NCBI GenBank assembly: GCA_964016885.1
Contig: OZ024766.1
Span: 20,460,001 to 20,524,000, forward strand
Length of the DNA stretch: 64,000 nucleotides
Origin: Eledone cirrhosa
Taxonomy: Eukaryota
Direction of reading: 5' to 3'
The notes below the pieces were generated by a model. It ran no database searches, was not told where the DNA came from, and saw only the letters and a list, made by a program, of their open reading frames with translations. Each line of letters begins with the position of its first letter. Position 1 is the first letter of the stretch. Shown here one piece after another: positions 26,345 to 39,899 of the stretch. The translations under genes and the position numbers were made by a program.

Positions 26345-27612
26345 GACAACAATATATCTCTCGAAGAAATGAAGAAATTCTCTAAATATAAAGATCTAGA
26401 GAGAGAAAGAACCCAATTTATAAAAATGCCTTCACAGATGACATTATATCTCTCAAGGAAATGCAGAATTTGTCCAAATATAAAGATCTAGAGCGAAAGA
26501 TATCCTAATTTATAAAAAAGCCTTCACAGATGACATTATATCTCTCAAAGAAATGGGGATATTATCTAAATCTAAAGATCTAGAGAGAGAAAGAACCCAA
26601 TTTATAAAAATGCCTTCACAGATGACATTATATCTCTCAAAGAAATGGAGAAATTGTCCAAATTTAAAGATCTAGAGAGAAAAATATTCCAATTTATAAA
26701 AATGCCTTCACAGATGACATTATATCTCTCAAAGAAATGGAGAAATTGTCCAAATCTAAAGATCTAGAGAGAAAAATATCCTAATTTATAAAAAAGCCTT
26801 CACAGATGACATTATATCTCTCAAAGAAATGGAGAAATTGTCCAAATCTAAAGATCTAGAGAGAAAAATCTCAGTTTATAAAGATGCCTTCACATATGAC
26901 ATTATATCTCTCAAAGAAATGGAGAAATTGTCCAAATCTAAAGATCTAGAGAGAAAAATCTCAGTTTATAAAGATGCCTTCACATATGACATTATATCTC
27001 TCAAAGAAATGGAGAAATTGTCCAAATCTAAAGATCTAGAGAGAAAAATATCCTAATTTATAAAAAAGCCTTCACAGATGACATTATATCTCTCAAAGAA
27101 ATGGAGAAATTGTCCAAATCTAAAGATCTAGAGAGAAAAATATCCCAATTTATAAAAAAGCCTTCACAGATGACATTATATCTCTCAAAGAAATGGGGAT
27201 ATTATCTAAATCTAAAGATCTAGAGAGAGAAAGAACCCAATTTATAAAAATGCCTTCACAGATGACATTATATCTCTCAAAGAAATGGAGAAATTGTCCA
27301 AATTTAAAGATCTAGAGAGAAAAATATCCTAATTTATAAAAAAGCCTTCACAGATGACATTATATCTCTCAAAGAAATGGAGAAATTGTCCAAATCTAAA
27401 GATCTAGAGAGAAAAATCCCAGTTTATAAAGATGCCTTCACATATGACATTATATCTCTCAAAGAAATGGAGAATTTGTCCAAATATAAAGATCTAGAGT
27501 GAAAGATATCCCAGTTTATAAAGATGCCTTCAGAGATGACATTATATCTCTCAAAGAAATGGGGATATTATCTAAATCTAAAGATCTAGAGAGAGAAAGA
27601 ACCCAATTTATA
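26345..27612 (+). repeat. about 85-bp tandem array (about 15 copies) from an R4/Dong-like LINE segment
   Basis: Unit encodes D(N/D)IISLKEMEKLSKYKDLERE, matching the 'D.NISxKExEKxxKYxDL' segment of restriction-like-endonuclease LINEs. Confidence 0.8.
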
Positions 27613-27765
27613 AGAATAACATAGGGTCGGCTGTACAACAAGGAGCTTTCTATAAATATATATTATATATCATATATATATAAATATATATTATATATTA
27701 TATATATATTGCAAGCAGGGAAAAGCGGGCGTAAAATGATGATGATATTTATATATATATATATA

Positions 27766-28451
27766 AGTCTGAGACTTGGACACTGACCAAGAAACTCACT
27801 CAGATGGTGGATGGGTGCTACACGAGAATGCTGAGGATGGCTCTGAACATTAATCAGTATACACTGAGGATGAAAAACTCAGAGCTGTATGGGAGCCTCC
27901 CAAAAGTCAGCTCTAAAGTGACACAGAGGAGACTGAGGTTAGCTGGACATGCTCACCGACATCCAGAGTTGACACTGCACTCAGTGCTCCTGTGGGAGCC
28001 CCTACATGGACACACTGGAAGAGGGAGACTGAGGTTAGCTGGACATGCTCACCGACATCCAGAGTTGACACTGCACTCAGTGCTCCTGTGGGAGCCCCTA
28101 CATGGACACACTGAAAGAGGGAGACTGAGGTTAGCTGGACATGCTCACCGACATCCAGAGTTGACACTGCACTCAGTGCTCCTGTGGGAGCCCCTACATG
28201 GACACACTGGAAGAGGGAGACTGAGGTTAGCTGGACATGCTCACCGACATCCAGAGTTGACACTGCACTCAGTGCTCCTGTGGGAGCCCCTGCAGGGACG
28301 CACTGGAAGAGGAAGACCAGGGTTAACGTATGTTGATGCCCTAAGGACAGACACTGGTCTGTTGGAGACGCAGGACATGGCAGCAATAATGAGGAACAAA
28401 GACCGTTGGAGAGAACTTGTCCATGGATCTCGGGAATTTTACCCGCCCTAG
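27766..28451 (+). mobile_element. RTE-like LINE 3' fragment with an internal 96-bp x4 duplication
   Basis: SETWTLTKKLTQMVDGCYTRMLRMALNI...RRLRLAGHAHRHPE...GRGRPGLTYVDAL...RWRELV; flanked by (TA)n. Confidence 0.85.
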
Positions 28452-28620
28452 AATATATATATATATGATACGTACTCTTGGGTCCCAAATAATACGAGGG
28501 AGCAGGGATATTTGCTTCAATTCTTCTTAGTGGGTGGGATAAGGAAATTGGTAATTGTATGTTGGAATAAAATCTGAAATATTAATAAGGGTCGGGGAAA
28601 TATTATTTAAAACCTGAGGG

Positions 28621-29118
28621 TACATGACCACTTTACAGTGTGGACTGGGTCCTTTTTGTTGTGTCACCTACATGACCACTTTACAGTGTGGACTGGGTCC
28701 TTTTTGTTGTGTCACCTACATGACCACTTTACAGTGTGGACTGGGTCCTTTTTGTTGTGTCACCTACATGACCTCTTTACAGTGTGGACTGGGTCCTTTT
28801 TGATGTGTCACCTACATGACCACTTTACAGTGTGGAGTGGGTCCTTTTTGATGTGTCACCTACATGGCCACTTTACAGTGTGGACTGGGTCCTTTTTGTT
28901 GTCACCTACATGACCACTTTACAGTGTGGACTGGGTGCTTTTTGTTGTGACACCTACATGACCACTTTACAGTGTGGACTGGGTACTTTTTGTTGTGACA
29001 CCTACATGACCACTTTACAGTGTGGACTGGGTACTTTTTGTTGTGACACCTACATGACCACTTTACAGTGTGGACTGGGTGCTTTTTACTGTGACACCTA
29101 CATGGCCACTTTAGTGTG
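28621..29118. repeat. about 48-bp tandem array related to the SINE-A internal repeat
   Basis: cctacatgaccactttacagtgtggactgggt unit resembles ctccacgaccactttacagtgagtgctgggt near 45600. Confidence 0.85.
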
Positions 29119-29340
29119 GATTGGGAAATTGGGTGGGGGAGGTTGATGTAGGGGCATAGGTGAGGGGTGTTTTGTTAGGACGTGGTAGGTATATGGAAGG
29201 GGTGATGTATTACTGCCAAATACCAGGGGTAACAGTGCTGTGTCTTCGAGAGGTGTAATTTATATGTATATGCATGAAGTAAATTAAAACAACAAAGCAA
29301 ACAACACAGTACAATGAAGGAATGTAGTTTTATTGGAAAA

Positions 29341-29380
29341 GACTCTTGATGTTTTGGACTCTGGTCCTTCATCAGAAATG
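29341..29380 (-). ncRNA. degenerate hammerhead motif
   Basis: Minus strand CTGATGA-A-GGAC-caga-GTCC-AAAA-CATC. GAAA is mutated to AAAA and helix I is poor. Confidence 0.35.
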
Positions 29381-29448
29381 AGAAGAAGGAAAGAAAAACA
29401 TTTTTTGGAGAAAAAGCATATGTATGTTTAGTTAGCTACACACACACA

Positions 29449-29493
<45 letters not shown>

Positions 29494-29589
29494 ATGGCTG
29501 CCCCCTCGTTATCGAGTATGGCCATTGCACGAGAAGGAAAAAAAAAATAATAATAATAAATAAATAAAAAAAAAATAATAAAAAAAAAT

Positions 29590-29622
<33 letters not shown>

Positions 29623-29752
29623 ATGACACTGTGATAAACAGGTGAAACTCCACAGTAGCAAAACTCAGTGTTTACCCTGCATAAAATGAATATTTATATA
29701 TGTATATAATATATATATAAATATATGTATATAATATATATATATATGTATG

Positions 29753-29787
<35 letters not shown>

Positions 29788-30702
29788 ACAATTTATATAT
29801 ATATATATATATATGTATATTACTCTTTTACTCTTTTACCTGTTTCAGCCATCCGGCTGAGGCCATGCTGGGGCACCGCCCTTATATATTTATATATATA
29901 TGTTTTAGGTAATTCCGAAGGAAAAGCAAAGGAAAAGAGAGAGCTCTATGTATAGAGCAGAGCTATTTAATTAAAAAGTGAACAATACAATATATAACAA
30001 AATATATAACATATCTATCTGATGACCAATCCAGACATATTTATATTGTCTGGGATCCAGAAACCTTTGTTAATGGAGTAGCTATATTGTGGTGTTCACT
30101 TTATAATTAAATATATATATATATATATAAATTTATTATTATTAATATATATATATATATATGCGAGAAAAACCACAAACCCTCCATCTCAATTTTACTT
30201 TTGAAAAGCATAAGAACTGTGAAACCGGTAAAAGAAATGAATAAATATTCTTAAAAAAAACTCCAGTTGCATTTTCGATTTCTTTTCCTCATATATATAT
30301 ATATATATATATAAAGGTTTACATATATATATATATATACATATAAAATATTCAAAAAATAATGAATAAAACAAAGAAACAGTTCCTTATATTAAACAAA
30401 AAAAGTTCATTAATTTTAATATAAGGAACTGTTTCATTGTTTTATTCATTATTATTTTTTTAATATTTTATCTTGACTCTGTATACCGTTTATCTTTCAC
30501 CGAAAGTGATTTTTCATTGCATCTCTTCTTTCCATGATATCCGGATTACATTGAGTTCTTCATACGGATTGGACACTACCGTAAACTCTTGGTAGATTTA
30601 TCTACATATATATACATATATACATATTATAAAAAATAAACCAAAGAAGCCTTCAATACTTCTGAGTTTTTGGCTTGTATTGGCCGATAGAGCTTCTTGT
30701 AG

Positions 30703-30756
30703 CTTTACTTGCCCTGATGAGTCTTTAATAGGACGAAACATTGTTGGCTAATAAAG
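30703..30756 (+). ncRNA. minimal type I hammerhead ribozyme motif
   Basis: ctttacttGCC-CTGATGA-GTCT(ttaata)GGAC-GAAA-CATTG-TT-GGCtaataaag, inside 34-bp inverted repeats at 30626-30659 and 30766-30799. Confidence 0.65.
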
Positions 30757-30986
30757 ACTTTTGATGTATTGAAGGCTTCTTTGGTTTATTTTTTATAATT
30801 CTTCGGCTCTGTTTAATTACATTGAGCTATATCTTTACTGTCATTTCTATAATACGAAGAGGGTGTTTAACTCCAACACACTCTAGTATTTTAATTCTTA
30901 CATATATATATATATGTGTTTTGCAACGGGTCACTTTGTGGCTCAATGAAAAGTTAATAAATTAAATAATCAGAGCTATATATCAT

Positions 30987-31195
30987 AAACATGTCTATAG
31001 AATCACCAGATAAAATATATACCATTTCCTCTCCCAATTAGCACAATTAACCATATAAAAATCGAATAGATCAAGCTATATAATAGAAGCCTTATTCTTA
31101 TAGCTTGATCTATTCGATTTTTTTTATATGGTTAATTATGCTAATTGGGAGAGGAAATGTTATATATTTTATCTGGTGATTCTATAGACATGTTT
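30987..31195. repeat. long near-perfect inverted repeat (about 95-bp arms)
   Basis: aaacatgtctatagaatcaccagataaaat...gatcaagctata pairs with tatagcttgatc...attttatctggtgattctatagacatgttt. Confidence 0.9.
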
Positions 31196-31197
31196 TA

Positions 31198-31239
<42 letters not shown>

Positions 31240-31938
31240 AGATAAATCTACCAAAATATACGGTAGTGTCCAATCCGTATGAAGAACTCAATGTAATCCA
31301 AATATCATGAAAAGAGATGTATTCAAAATTTTTTCAATGAAAAACAGGAAAACAGAGTCAAGATAAATTAATAAAAATAATGAATAAAAACAAAGAAACA
31401 GTTCCTTATATTAAAAAATTCATCATTTTACGATCGTTTCTAGGATATATATGTGTGTGTTGGTATGTATATCATATAGTTTTACAAACTATCAGAGGGC
31501 ATATACATACCATTATTTATTACACACATATATATACATATATACACATATATATATATATATATATATATACAAAATATCATTATTTCTGAAGACAGCA
31601 TATATACGTGTAGGTATGTATAATAATTAAATTAGAGAGATAGTACATGCGTTAGTCTTATATAAAGGAATGGAACAAGCATCATTTTACGATCGTTTCT
31701 AGGATATATTTGTGTGTGTGTTGGTATATATATCATATAGATCTATCTAAAAGTTTTACAAACTATCAGAGGGAGTAAACAAACCATTATTTATTACACA
31801 CATCCCTTTACGATCTGAGTTCAAATCCCGCCGAGGTTGACTTTGCCTTTCATCCTTACGGGGTCGATAAAATAAAGTACCAGTAATGCACTGGGGTAAT
31901 TGCTGGCCTTGTGCCTAAAGTAGAAACAATTATTTATT

Positions 31939-31975
<37 letters not shown>

Positions 31976-33209
31976 AAATATCGTTATTTCTGAAGACAGC
32001 ATATATATGTGTAGGTCATCATCATCATCATCATCAACGTTTAACGTCCGTGTTCCACGCTTGCATGGGTTTGGACGGGGGTAGTCCCACTTGAGGCAAG
32101 AGTGATTGTCTTGCTCGCATAGGACTGTCTGGCGGGTTTTCTACAGTTGGATGCCCTTCCTAACACCAACCACATTTACAGTGTGGGTCTGGGAGGTTTT
32201 TACCGTGTTGCCTACATGGCCACATTACAGCGTGGACTGTGTGTTTTTTTGTCGTGACACCTACACGATCTCATTTGTTTCGGCCTGGATGGCGCGGCAC
32301 CAACATAACTTTACATAGAACGGGGTGGTGAGGATGGCTGGGGGTGGTGGCGGGACGGGGTGTATTTTGTTAGAGATGCCTACTGGCAAGGCGGGTCTTC
32401 TCTGTTACTGAGTACCGCCAAAGGTCTCGGTCCAGTGACATTGTCTTGGAGAGGTGTAAGTGTGTGAGGTCGGAGTTTATCAGCTCATCCCAGGTTTTTC
32501 TAGGTATGTATAATAATTAAATTAGAGAGATAGTACATGCGTTAGTCTTATATAAAGGAATGGAAGAAGCAAATGTATCAAGCCTAAGTTTGGAAGAAAC
32601 AATCGTCAGTGATTAAATGTTTTAAACATAACTTTGATACTTGTTTAATCTATATTATGCTCTGTAAAACAACTGATGTTCTTACATTGAGCTATTTCTC
32701 TTACTGGTAATAAGGTAGTAAGAAATTACTGTCTTTCCTTGTTTATAGTATAGTATAATACATACATAACTATAAATAGTATCTTTAATATTATATATAT
32801 ATATATAGTATATCTAGTGTATGATATATTATATATATATATATATATATATAAAGCTTTCCTTGTTCCCCTCTTCTCTATGAGCCTTATATATCTTTTA
32901 TTGGGCTGATGGTGTTCAGATTAAGGAATTGCAGAAACCCAAGAAGCTAGATTTACCATCATTCTAGCGGGTCCGGGTAAGTTTTACATTCATTTAATTT
33001 ATTAATTTATTGATATTTTATTTGAGTGACCCGAATCTTCCTGTCGTTTATTTTCGGCTGCATGGGTGATTTTAGGCATGACCTCTATGTGTTGGTATTT
33101 TAACGATAGTTATAGCTCTGATTTTTCCAAATTATTGAACCCTCTGCAACATATATCGGATATTGTTTATCGTGATTTCGTGGGCTGAAATTCCGATTCT
33201 CGATTATTC

Positions 33210-33253
<44 letters not shown>

Positions 33254-34069
33254 CATATTTTACTGAGTGACACTTTCTGATTTACCATAAATTATAAATT
33301 AAATACGATTGGAACTGTGTCTGAAGGTATAAATTATACCAGGGACTTTTAACGTGTGACACCGGTAAGAGAGCTGCAACATTGTCAACTTTACCGAGTA
33401 CCTGTCTTCGTTATAACTTTAATTAATCTAATTATATCTTGTGAAACAATTATATATATATATATATACACAAGTTTAATTCCCCGACATCAGTCTTACA
33501 CTGTCATATCTATTCTTACTTTACAACTGTGTCTACTAAGAGTTCCATTACAATCTGTAGTAGTAAAACTACTATTTCACCAGAACATCTGCTCTCAGTC
33601 ATTTATAGACAATATATATATTTTAGACCACATATCAACCTAATATATATATATTTCCTATCTAATCTGTAGCTAAAGACATAAAGTCAGCCTCACTACT
33701 TCATTCTGACAAGATATCAATGTATGACTAAAGATGAAGAAGATACACCAACGTTAATGTCGTGAAATAAAGCTGATAACATTGAAACTTCTAATTTGAT
33801 AACAAAGAGATTATTTCTTTGGTTATTTAGTAACAACTAACAACACAACACATTGATTATATGTGAAGGAGGTAAGTTGACAAAGATTTACTTAATGTCT
33901 AGATTAATTCTGACCTGTGAACTCTTCCACCTACTTTCGGGTGGGTGAAAGATGTCTCTTGTGAAAATGGCGACAGCTTTGTAATAATTCTTTCTACTTT
34001 TGGGGGCACAAGGCAAGCAATTACCTCAGTGTATTACTGGTACTTTATTTTATCGACTCTGTAAAGATG

Positions 34070-34104
<35 letters not shown>

Positions 34105-34145
34105 AAAGTTTTATTATTTATATTTATAAAACAGCTTATGTATTG

Positions 34146-34211
34146 TATTTTGTCTGAGGAAGGCATACCATATTTTTAATATGATATCCCAGGAATATAT
34201 ATAACGAAATA
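34146..34211 (+). ncRNA. hammerhead motif with degenerate core
   Basis: TATTTTGT-CTGAGGA-[helix II]-GGAA (for GAAA)-TATATA-TA-ACGAAATA. Confidence 0.5.
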
Positions 34212-34339
34212 AATATGGTTTTATAAATATAGTTTCCATTTATTTAATATCATAAATATACTCCAAATACTTGTTGAGTGCTTTTATATCAGTTATAAAT
34301 ATTTACTCGTTGTTAACCCAACAATTTAAATATAACTTT

Positions 34340-34379
<40 letters not shown>

Positions 34380-34430
34380 TCGCTTATAATATGGTACGTC
34401 AAAATTATTTATAAAACTGTTTATATATTG

Positions 34431-34496
34431 TATTTTATCTGACGAAGGCATGCCATATTTTTAATATGGTATCCCTGAAATATGTATAATGAAATA
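34431..34496 (+). ncRNA. type I hammerhead ribozyme motif
   Basis: TATTTTAT-CTGACGA-AGGcATGCCATATTtttAATATGGTATcCCT-GAAA-TATGTA-TA-ATGAAATA. Confidence 0.7.
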
Positions 34497-34928
34497 AATA
34501 TGGTTTTATAAATATAGTTTCCATTTGTTTAATATCGTATATATAGAGATATATTTTAATTTTAATTATATCTCATATAAAATAATACAACTGGCTTTCC
34601 ACAAAATACATATAGTTAGCACCCCAAACACAAACTAGGGATTATACTAAGGTATAACCTAATGTTTGTTGAGTGAGATGATAGCCAGTCAGAGTTTAGC
34701 TTAAAGCTATCTCTGTTATTGTATTAAATATATATATATATATATATATTTCTGAAGACAGCATATATGTGTGTAGGTATGTATATTCCCTCTGATAGTT
34801 TGTATAAATATTTTACATAGATCTATAGAATATGCATACCAACACTAACACATATATATCCTAGAAACGATCGTAAAATGATGAATTTTTTTAATATAAG
34901 GAACTGTTTCTTTGTTTATTCATTACTT

Positions 34929-34973
<45 letters not shown>

Positions 34974-34976
<3 letters not shown>

Positions 34977-35221
34977 ATACTTTGGGAGGGTCATGTTGCC
35001 AATAAGAAACACACGCACCAGTTGCTTTCACTTCAATTTATTATAATAAATTTATAAATAAACAACCGTTTGGTTGTGGAACCAACCAACCAACCAACCG
35101 GAAATTTATAAATTCCTAAATTTATAAATTCCTAAATTTATAAATTTATTATAATAAATTGAAGTGAAAGCAACTGGTGCGTGTGTTTCTTATTGGCAAC
35201 ATGACCCTCCCAAAGTATAAC
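34974..35221. repeat. long inverted repeat (about 85-bp arms) of a TA-embedded element family
   Basis: gttatactttgggagggtcatgttgccaataagaaacac... with its reverse complement. Related shorter copies at 14793-14860 and about 57480-57515. Confidence 0.9.
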
Positions 35222-35282
35222 TATATCGGTTTCAACACACGATTTCAGATAAAGAATCTTGTTAAACAAATTCAGAAACGAA

Positions 35283-35342
35283 ATATATATATATGTATAC
35301 ATATATGAAATATATATATATATATGTATAAATATATATGAA

Positions 35343-35375
<33 letters not shown>

Positions 35376-35446
35376 AATGTATAAATATATGAAATATGTA
35401 TAAATATATATATATATAAATGTATAAATATATGAAATATGTATAA

Positions 35447-35478
<32 letters not shown>

Positions 35479-36337
35479 GTATAAATATATATAAATATGT
35501 ATAAATATATATAAATATGTATATATATATATATGTATAAATATATATAAATATGTATAAATATAAATATATATAAATATGTATAAATATAAATATATAT
35601 ATAAATATGTATAAATATAAATATATATATATATATATGTATAAATATATATATATATATGTATAAATATAAATATATATGTATAAATATAAATATATAT
35701 ATATGTATAAATATAAATATATATATATATATGTATAAATATAAATATATATATATATATGTATAAATATAAATATATATATATATATGTATAAATATAA
35801 ATATATATATATATATGTATAAATATATATATATATATGTATAAATATAAATATATATATATATATGTATAAATATAAATATATATATATATATGTATAA
35901 ATATAAATATATATATATATATGTATAAATATAAATATATATATATATATGTATAAATATAAATATATATATATATATGTATAAATATAAATATATATAT
36001 ATATATATATGTATAAATATAAATATATATATATATATATGTATAAATATAAATATATATATATATATATATGTATAAATATATATATATATGTATAAAT
36101 ATAAATATATATATATATATGTATAAATATATATCTATATGTATAAATATAAATATATATATATATATATGTATGTATAAATATATATATATGTATGTAT
36201 AAATATATATATATGTATAAATATATATATATATATATATATATGTATAAATATATATATATATATATATATATGTATAAATATATATATATATATATAT
36301 ATGTATAAATATATATATATATATATATATGTATAAA

Positions 36338-36370
<33 letters not shown>

Positions 36371-36410
36371 ATATATATATATTTATATTTATACATATAT
36401 ATATATATTT
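35283..36410. repeat. (TA)n microsatellite with periodic GTATAAAT interruptions
   Basis: Directly visible. Confidence 0.95.
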
Positions 36411-36411
36411 A

Positions 36412-36748
36412 TATGTTATGTGAGATATTATGTGAGGTAAAGCCTTTACTGTGACAATACAATAGTATATATAGAGTAATGTAAATGTTATGTGAGGTAA
36501 AGACTTTACTGTGACAATACAATAGTATATATAGAGTAATGTAAATGTTATGTGAGATATTATGTGAGGTAAAGCCTTTACTGTGACAATACAATAGTAT
36601 ATATAGAGTAATGTAAATGTTATGTGAGATATTATGTGAGGTAAAGCCTTTACTGTGACAATACAATAGTATATATAGAGTAATGTAAATGTTATGTGAG
36701 GTAAAGCCTTTACTGTGACAATACAATAGTATATATAGAGTAATGTAT
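36412..36748 (+). repeat. 60/72-bp satellite, copy 1
   Basis: atgtgaggtaaagcctttactgtgacaatacaatagtatatatagagtaatgtaaatgtt, the same unit as at 42825-43965. Confidence 0.95.
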
Positions 36749-37191
36749 GTGCTAAAGGGTTAAATGTATGTCTCAGTTAATACCGAGACATAGAGTTAAC
36801 CCTTTAGTACAGCATTCTCTATTATCTCATACTATTTCTTTCTTATTTCAGAATACCAGATGACATTGTAGTAAATGTTAATATTTAATCTTGGATACAT
36901 CACCCATATTTATCATCATTTGAAGACAAATCTTTTATACAGAACTGATATTGCACTGTTTACATAAATCTGTGGTTGAATTACTTTGAAAAATTTCCTC
37001 AGAACCGAGTTTCTTGGCAAAATTTAATTTCTTCACTGAGTTATATTTTGTATTTTAACTACACTTGAATGACAAAGTATTAACTGAGATCACGGTAGAG
37101 GGAAATATAGCAGAAGAAATATTTTCAGGAATATAATATAAAGAATAACACAAGAATAACATCTGTATATTCTGTTGAGGGAAGAAAAAAC

Positions 37192-39828
37192 ATGGAAAAT
37201 AAATTGAATGAGGAGAAGATTAAATGTGAAACGCGGTCGAAAAGTATTAATATTCCTGAGGAGATGCCAAAAGATACAGGAGAGAAGCCATATCACTGTG
37301 ATGTCTGTGGTAAATCATTTTCTCGCTGCAGTTACTTAACCAGACACAAACGTATACATACAGGAGAGAAGCCATATCACTGCGATATCTGTGGTAAATT
37401 ATTCTCTGATAGTGGTGACTTAACCAAACACAAACGTATGCATACAGGAGAGAAGCCATACCACTGTGATATCTGTGGTAAATCATTCCATATAAATAGT
37501 ATATTAACCGGACACAAACGTACCCATACAGGAGAGAAGCCATATCACTGTGATATCTGTGGTAAATCATTCCATATAAATAGTATCTTAACCGCACACA
37601 AACGTATACATACAGGAGAGAAGCCATATCACTGTGATATCTGTGGTAAATCATTTTTTTCAAGTGCTAACTTAACCAGACACAAACGCATACATACAGG
37701 AGAGAGGCCATATCACTGTGATATCTGTGGTAAATCATTCTTTTCAAGTGATAACTTAACCAGACATGAACTGACTCATATAGAAGAGAAGCCATATCAC
37801 TGTGATATCTGTGGTAAATCATTCTCTGTACGTAGTAGCTTAACTATTCACAAACGTACCCATACAGGAGAGAAGCCATACCACTGTAATATCTGTGGTA
37901 AATCATTCTCTCAAAGAGCAAATTTAACAACTCACAAATTCCTACATACAGGAGAGAAGCCATATCACTGTGATATCTGTGGTAAATCATTCTCTCAAAA
38001 AGCAAATTTAACAAATCACAAATCCAGGCATACAGGAGAGAAGCCATATCACTGTGATATCTGTGGTAAATCATTCTCTGTAAATAGTGAGTTAACTAGA
38101 CACAGACGTATACATACAGGAGACAAGCCATATCACTGTGATATCTGTGGTAAATCATTCTCTGTAAGTATTGTCTTAACCAGACACAAACGTACCCATA
38201 CAGGAGAGAAGCCATACCACTGTGATATCTGTGGTAAATCATTCGCTCAAAAATCAAATTTAACAACTCACAAATCCATACATACAGGAGAGAAGCCATA
38301 TCAATGTGAGATATGTGGTAAATCATTCATTGTAAGTAGTGACTTAATCAAACACAAACGTATACATACAGGAGAGAAGCCATATCACTGTGATATCTGT
38401 GGTAAATCATTCTCTGTAACTAGTATCTTAACCAAACACAATCGTATACATACAGGAGAGAAGCCATATCAGTGCGATATCTGTGGTAAATCAGTCACTA
38501 ATAGTAGTGACTTAACCAAACACAAACGTATACATACAGGAGAGAAGCCATATCACTGTGATATCTGTGGTAAATCATTTTCTTGCTGTACTTCCTTAAC
38601 CAGACACAAACTGACTCATACAGGAGAGAGGCCATATCACTGTGATATCTGTGGTAAATCATTCCCTGGAAGAGGAAGCATAACAACTCACAAACGTACC
38701 CATACAGGAGAGAGGCCATATCACTGTGATATCTGTGGTAAATCATTCTCTGCAAAAGGAGGCTTAACAAATCACAAATCCACACATACGGGTGAGAAGC
38801 CATATCACTGTGATATCTGTGGTAAATCATTCTCTGCAAAAGGAGGCTTAACAATTCACAAATCCATACATACGGGAGAGAAGCCATATCACTGTCAGAT
38901 ATGTGGTAAATCATTCACTCAAAAAGCAAATTTAACAACTCACAAATCCATACATACGGAAGAGAAGCCATATCACTGTGAGATATGTGGTAAATTATTC
39001 TCTGCAAAAAGACGCTTAACAAATCACAAGCGTATACATACAGGAGAGAAGCCATATCACTGTGATATCTGTGGTAAATCATTCTCTGTAAATGGTGACT
39101 TAACCAAACACAAACGTACCCATACGGGAGAAAAGCCATATCACTGTGATATCTGTGGTAAATCATTCTCTGAAAAAAGACGCTTAACAATTCACAAACA
39201 GACCCATACGGGAGAGAAGCCATATCCCTGTGATATCTGTGGTAAATCATTCTCTGAAAAAAGACGCTTAACAACTCACAAACGTACCCATACGGGAGAG
39301 AAGCCATATCCCTGTGATATCTGTGGTAAATCATTCTCTGACAAAGGAAACTTAACAACTCACAGACGTACCCATACAGGAGAGAGGCCATATCACTGTG
39401 ATATCTGTGGTAAATTATTCTCTAACAAAGCAAACTTAACAACTCACAGACGTACCCATACGGGAGAGAAGCCATATCACTGTGATATCTGTGGTAAATC
39501 ATTCTCTGAAAAAAGACGCATGACAACTCACAAACGTACCCATACAGGAGAGAGGCCATATCATTGTGATATCTGTGGTAAATTATTCTCTAACAAAGCA
39601 AACTCAACAACTCACAGACGTACCCATACAGGAGAGAGGCCATATCATTGTGATATCTGTGGTAAATTATTCTCTAACAAAGCAAACGTAACAACTCACA
39701 AACGTACCCATACAGGAGAGAGGCCATATCACTGTGGTATCTGTGGTAAATCATTCTCTCAAAAACGAAACTTAACCAGACACGAAAGTCTACATACAGG
39801 AGAGAAGCCATATCACTGTGATATCTGA
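37192..39828 (+). CDS. C2H2 zinc-finger protein with 30 tandem fingers
   Basis: 878-aa ORF: a 33-aa leader, 30 x 28-aa CxxC...HxxxH fingers with TGEKPY linkers, then a truncated 31st finger (YHCDI*). No recognisable N-terminal effector domain. Confidence 0.95.
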   Translation: MENKLNEEKIKCETRSKSINIPEEMPKDTGEKPYHCDVCGKSFSRCSYLTRHKRIHTGEKPYHCDICGKLFSDSGDLTKHKRMHTGEKPYHCDICGKSFHINSILTGHKRTHTGEKPYHCDICGKSFHINSILTAHKRIHTGEKPYHCDICGKSFFSSANLTRHKRIHTGERPYHCDICGKSFFSSDNLTRHELTHIEEKPYHCDICGKSFSVRSSLTIHKRTHTGEKPYHCNICGKSFSQRANLTTHKFLHTGEKPYHCDICGKSFSQKANLTNHKSRHTGEKPYHCDICGKSFSVNSELTRHRRIHTGDKPYHCDICGKSFSVSIVLTRHKRTHTGEKPYHCDICGKSFAQKSNLTTHKSIHTGEKPYQCEICGKSFIVSSDLIKHKRIHTGEKPYHCDICGKSFSVTSILTKHNRIHTGEKPYQCDICGKSVTNSSDLTKHKRIHTGEKPYHCDICGKSFSCCTSLTRHKLTHTGERPYHCDICGKSFPGRGSITTHKRTHTGERPYHCDICGKSFSAKGGLTNHKSTHTGEKPYHCDICGKSFSAKGGLTIHKSIHTGEKPYHCQICGKSFTQKANLTTHKSIHTEEKPYHCEICGKLFSAKRRLTNHKRIHTGEKPYHCDICGKSFSVNGDLTKHKRTHTGEKPYHCDICGKSFSEKRRLTIHKQTHTGEKPYPCDICGKSFSEKRRLTTHKRTHTGEKPYPCDICGKSFSDKGNLTTHRRTHTGERPYHCDICGKLFSNKANLTTHRRTHTGEKPYHCDICGKSFSEKRRMTTHKRTHTGERPYHCDICGKLFSNKANSTTHRRTHTGERPYHCDICGKLFSNKANVTTHKRTHTGERPYHCGICGKSFSQKRNLTRHESLHTGEKPYHCDI

Positions 39829-39899
39829 TAAATTATTCTCTCAAGTAAATCATTTCACTAGATACTAACTTATACATACAGAAGACAGGCACAGATAGA

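Larger units (their letters stand above)
32930..36852 (+). other. putative non-coding 5' exons of the C2H2 ZNF gene (..32976; 33673-33871; acceptor at 36850-36851)
   Basis: Strong donors CGG|gtaagt and GAG|gtaagt, and acceptors ctgtag and tttcag, upstream of the ZNF ATG. Not verifiable without transcripts. Confidence 0.4.

Noticed and set aside
30195-30236. TTGAAAA...GAAACCGGTA, a possible U3-A8 variant hammerhead
   Set aside because: Helix I and II pairing is too weak to support the call.
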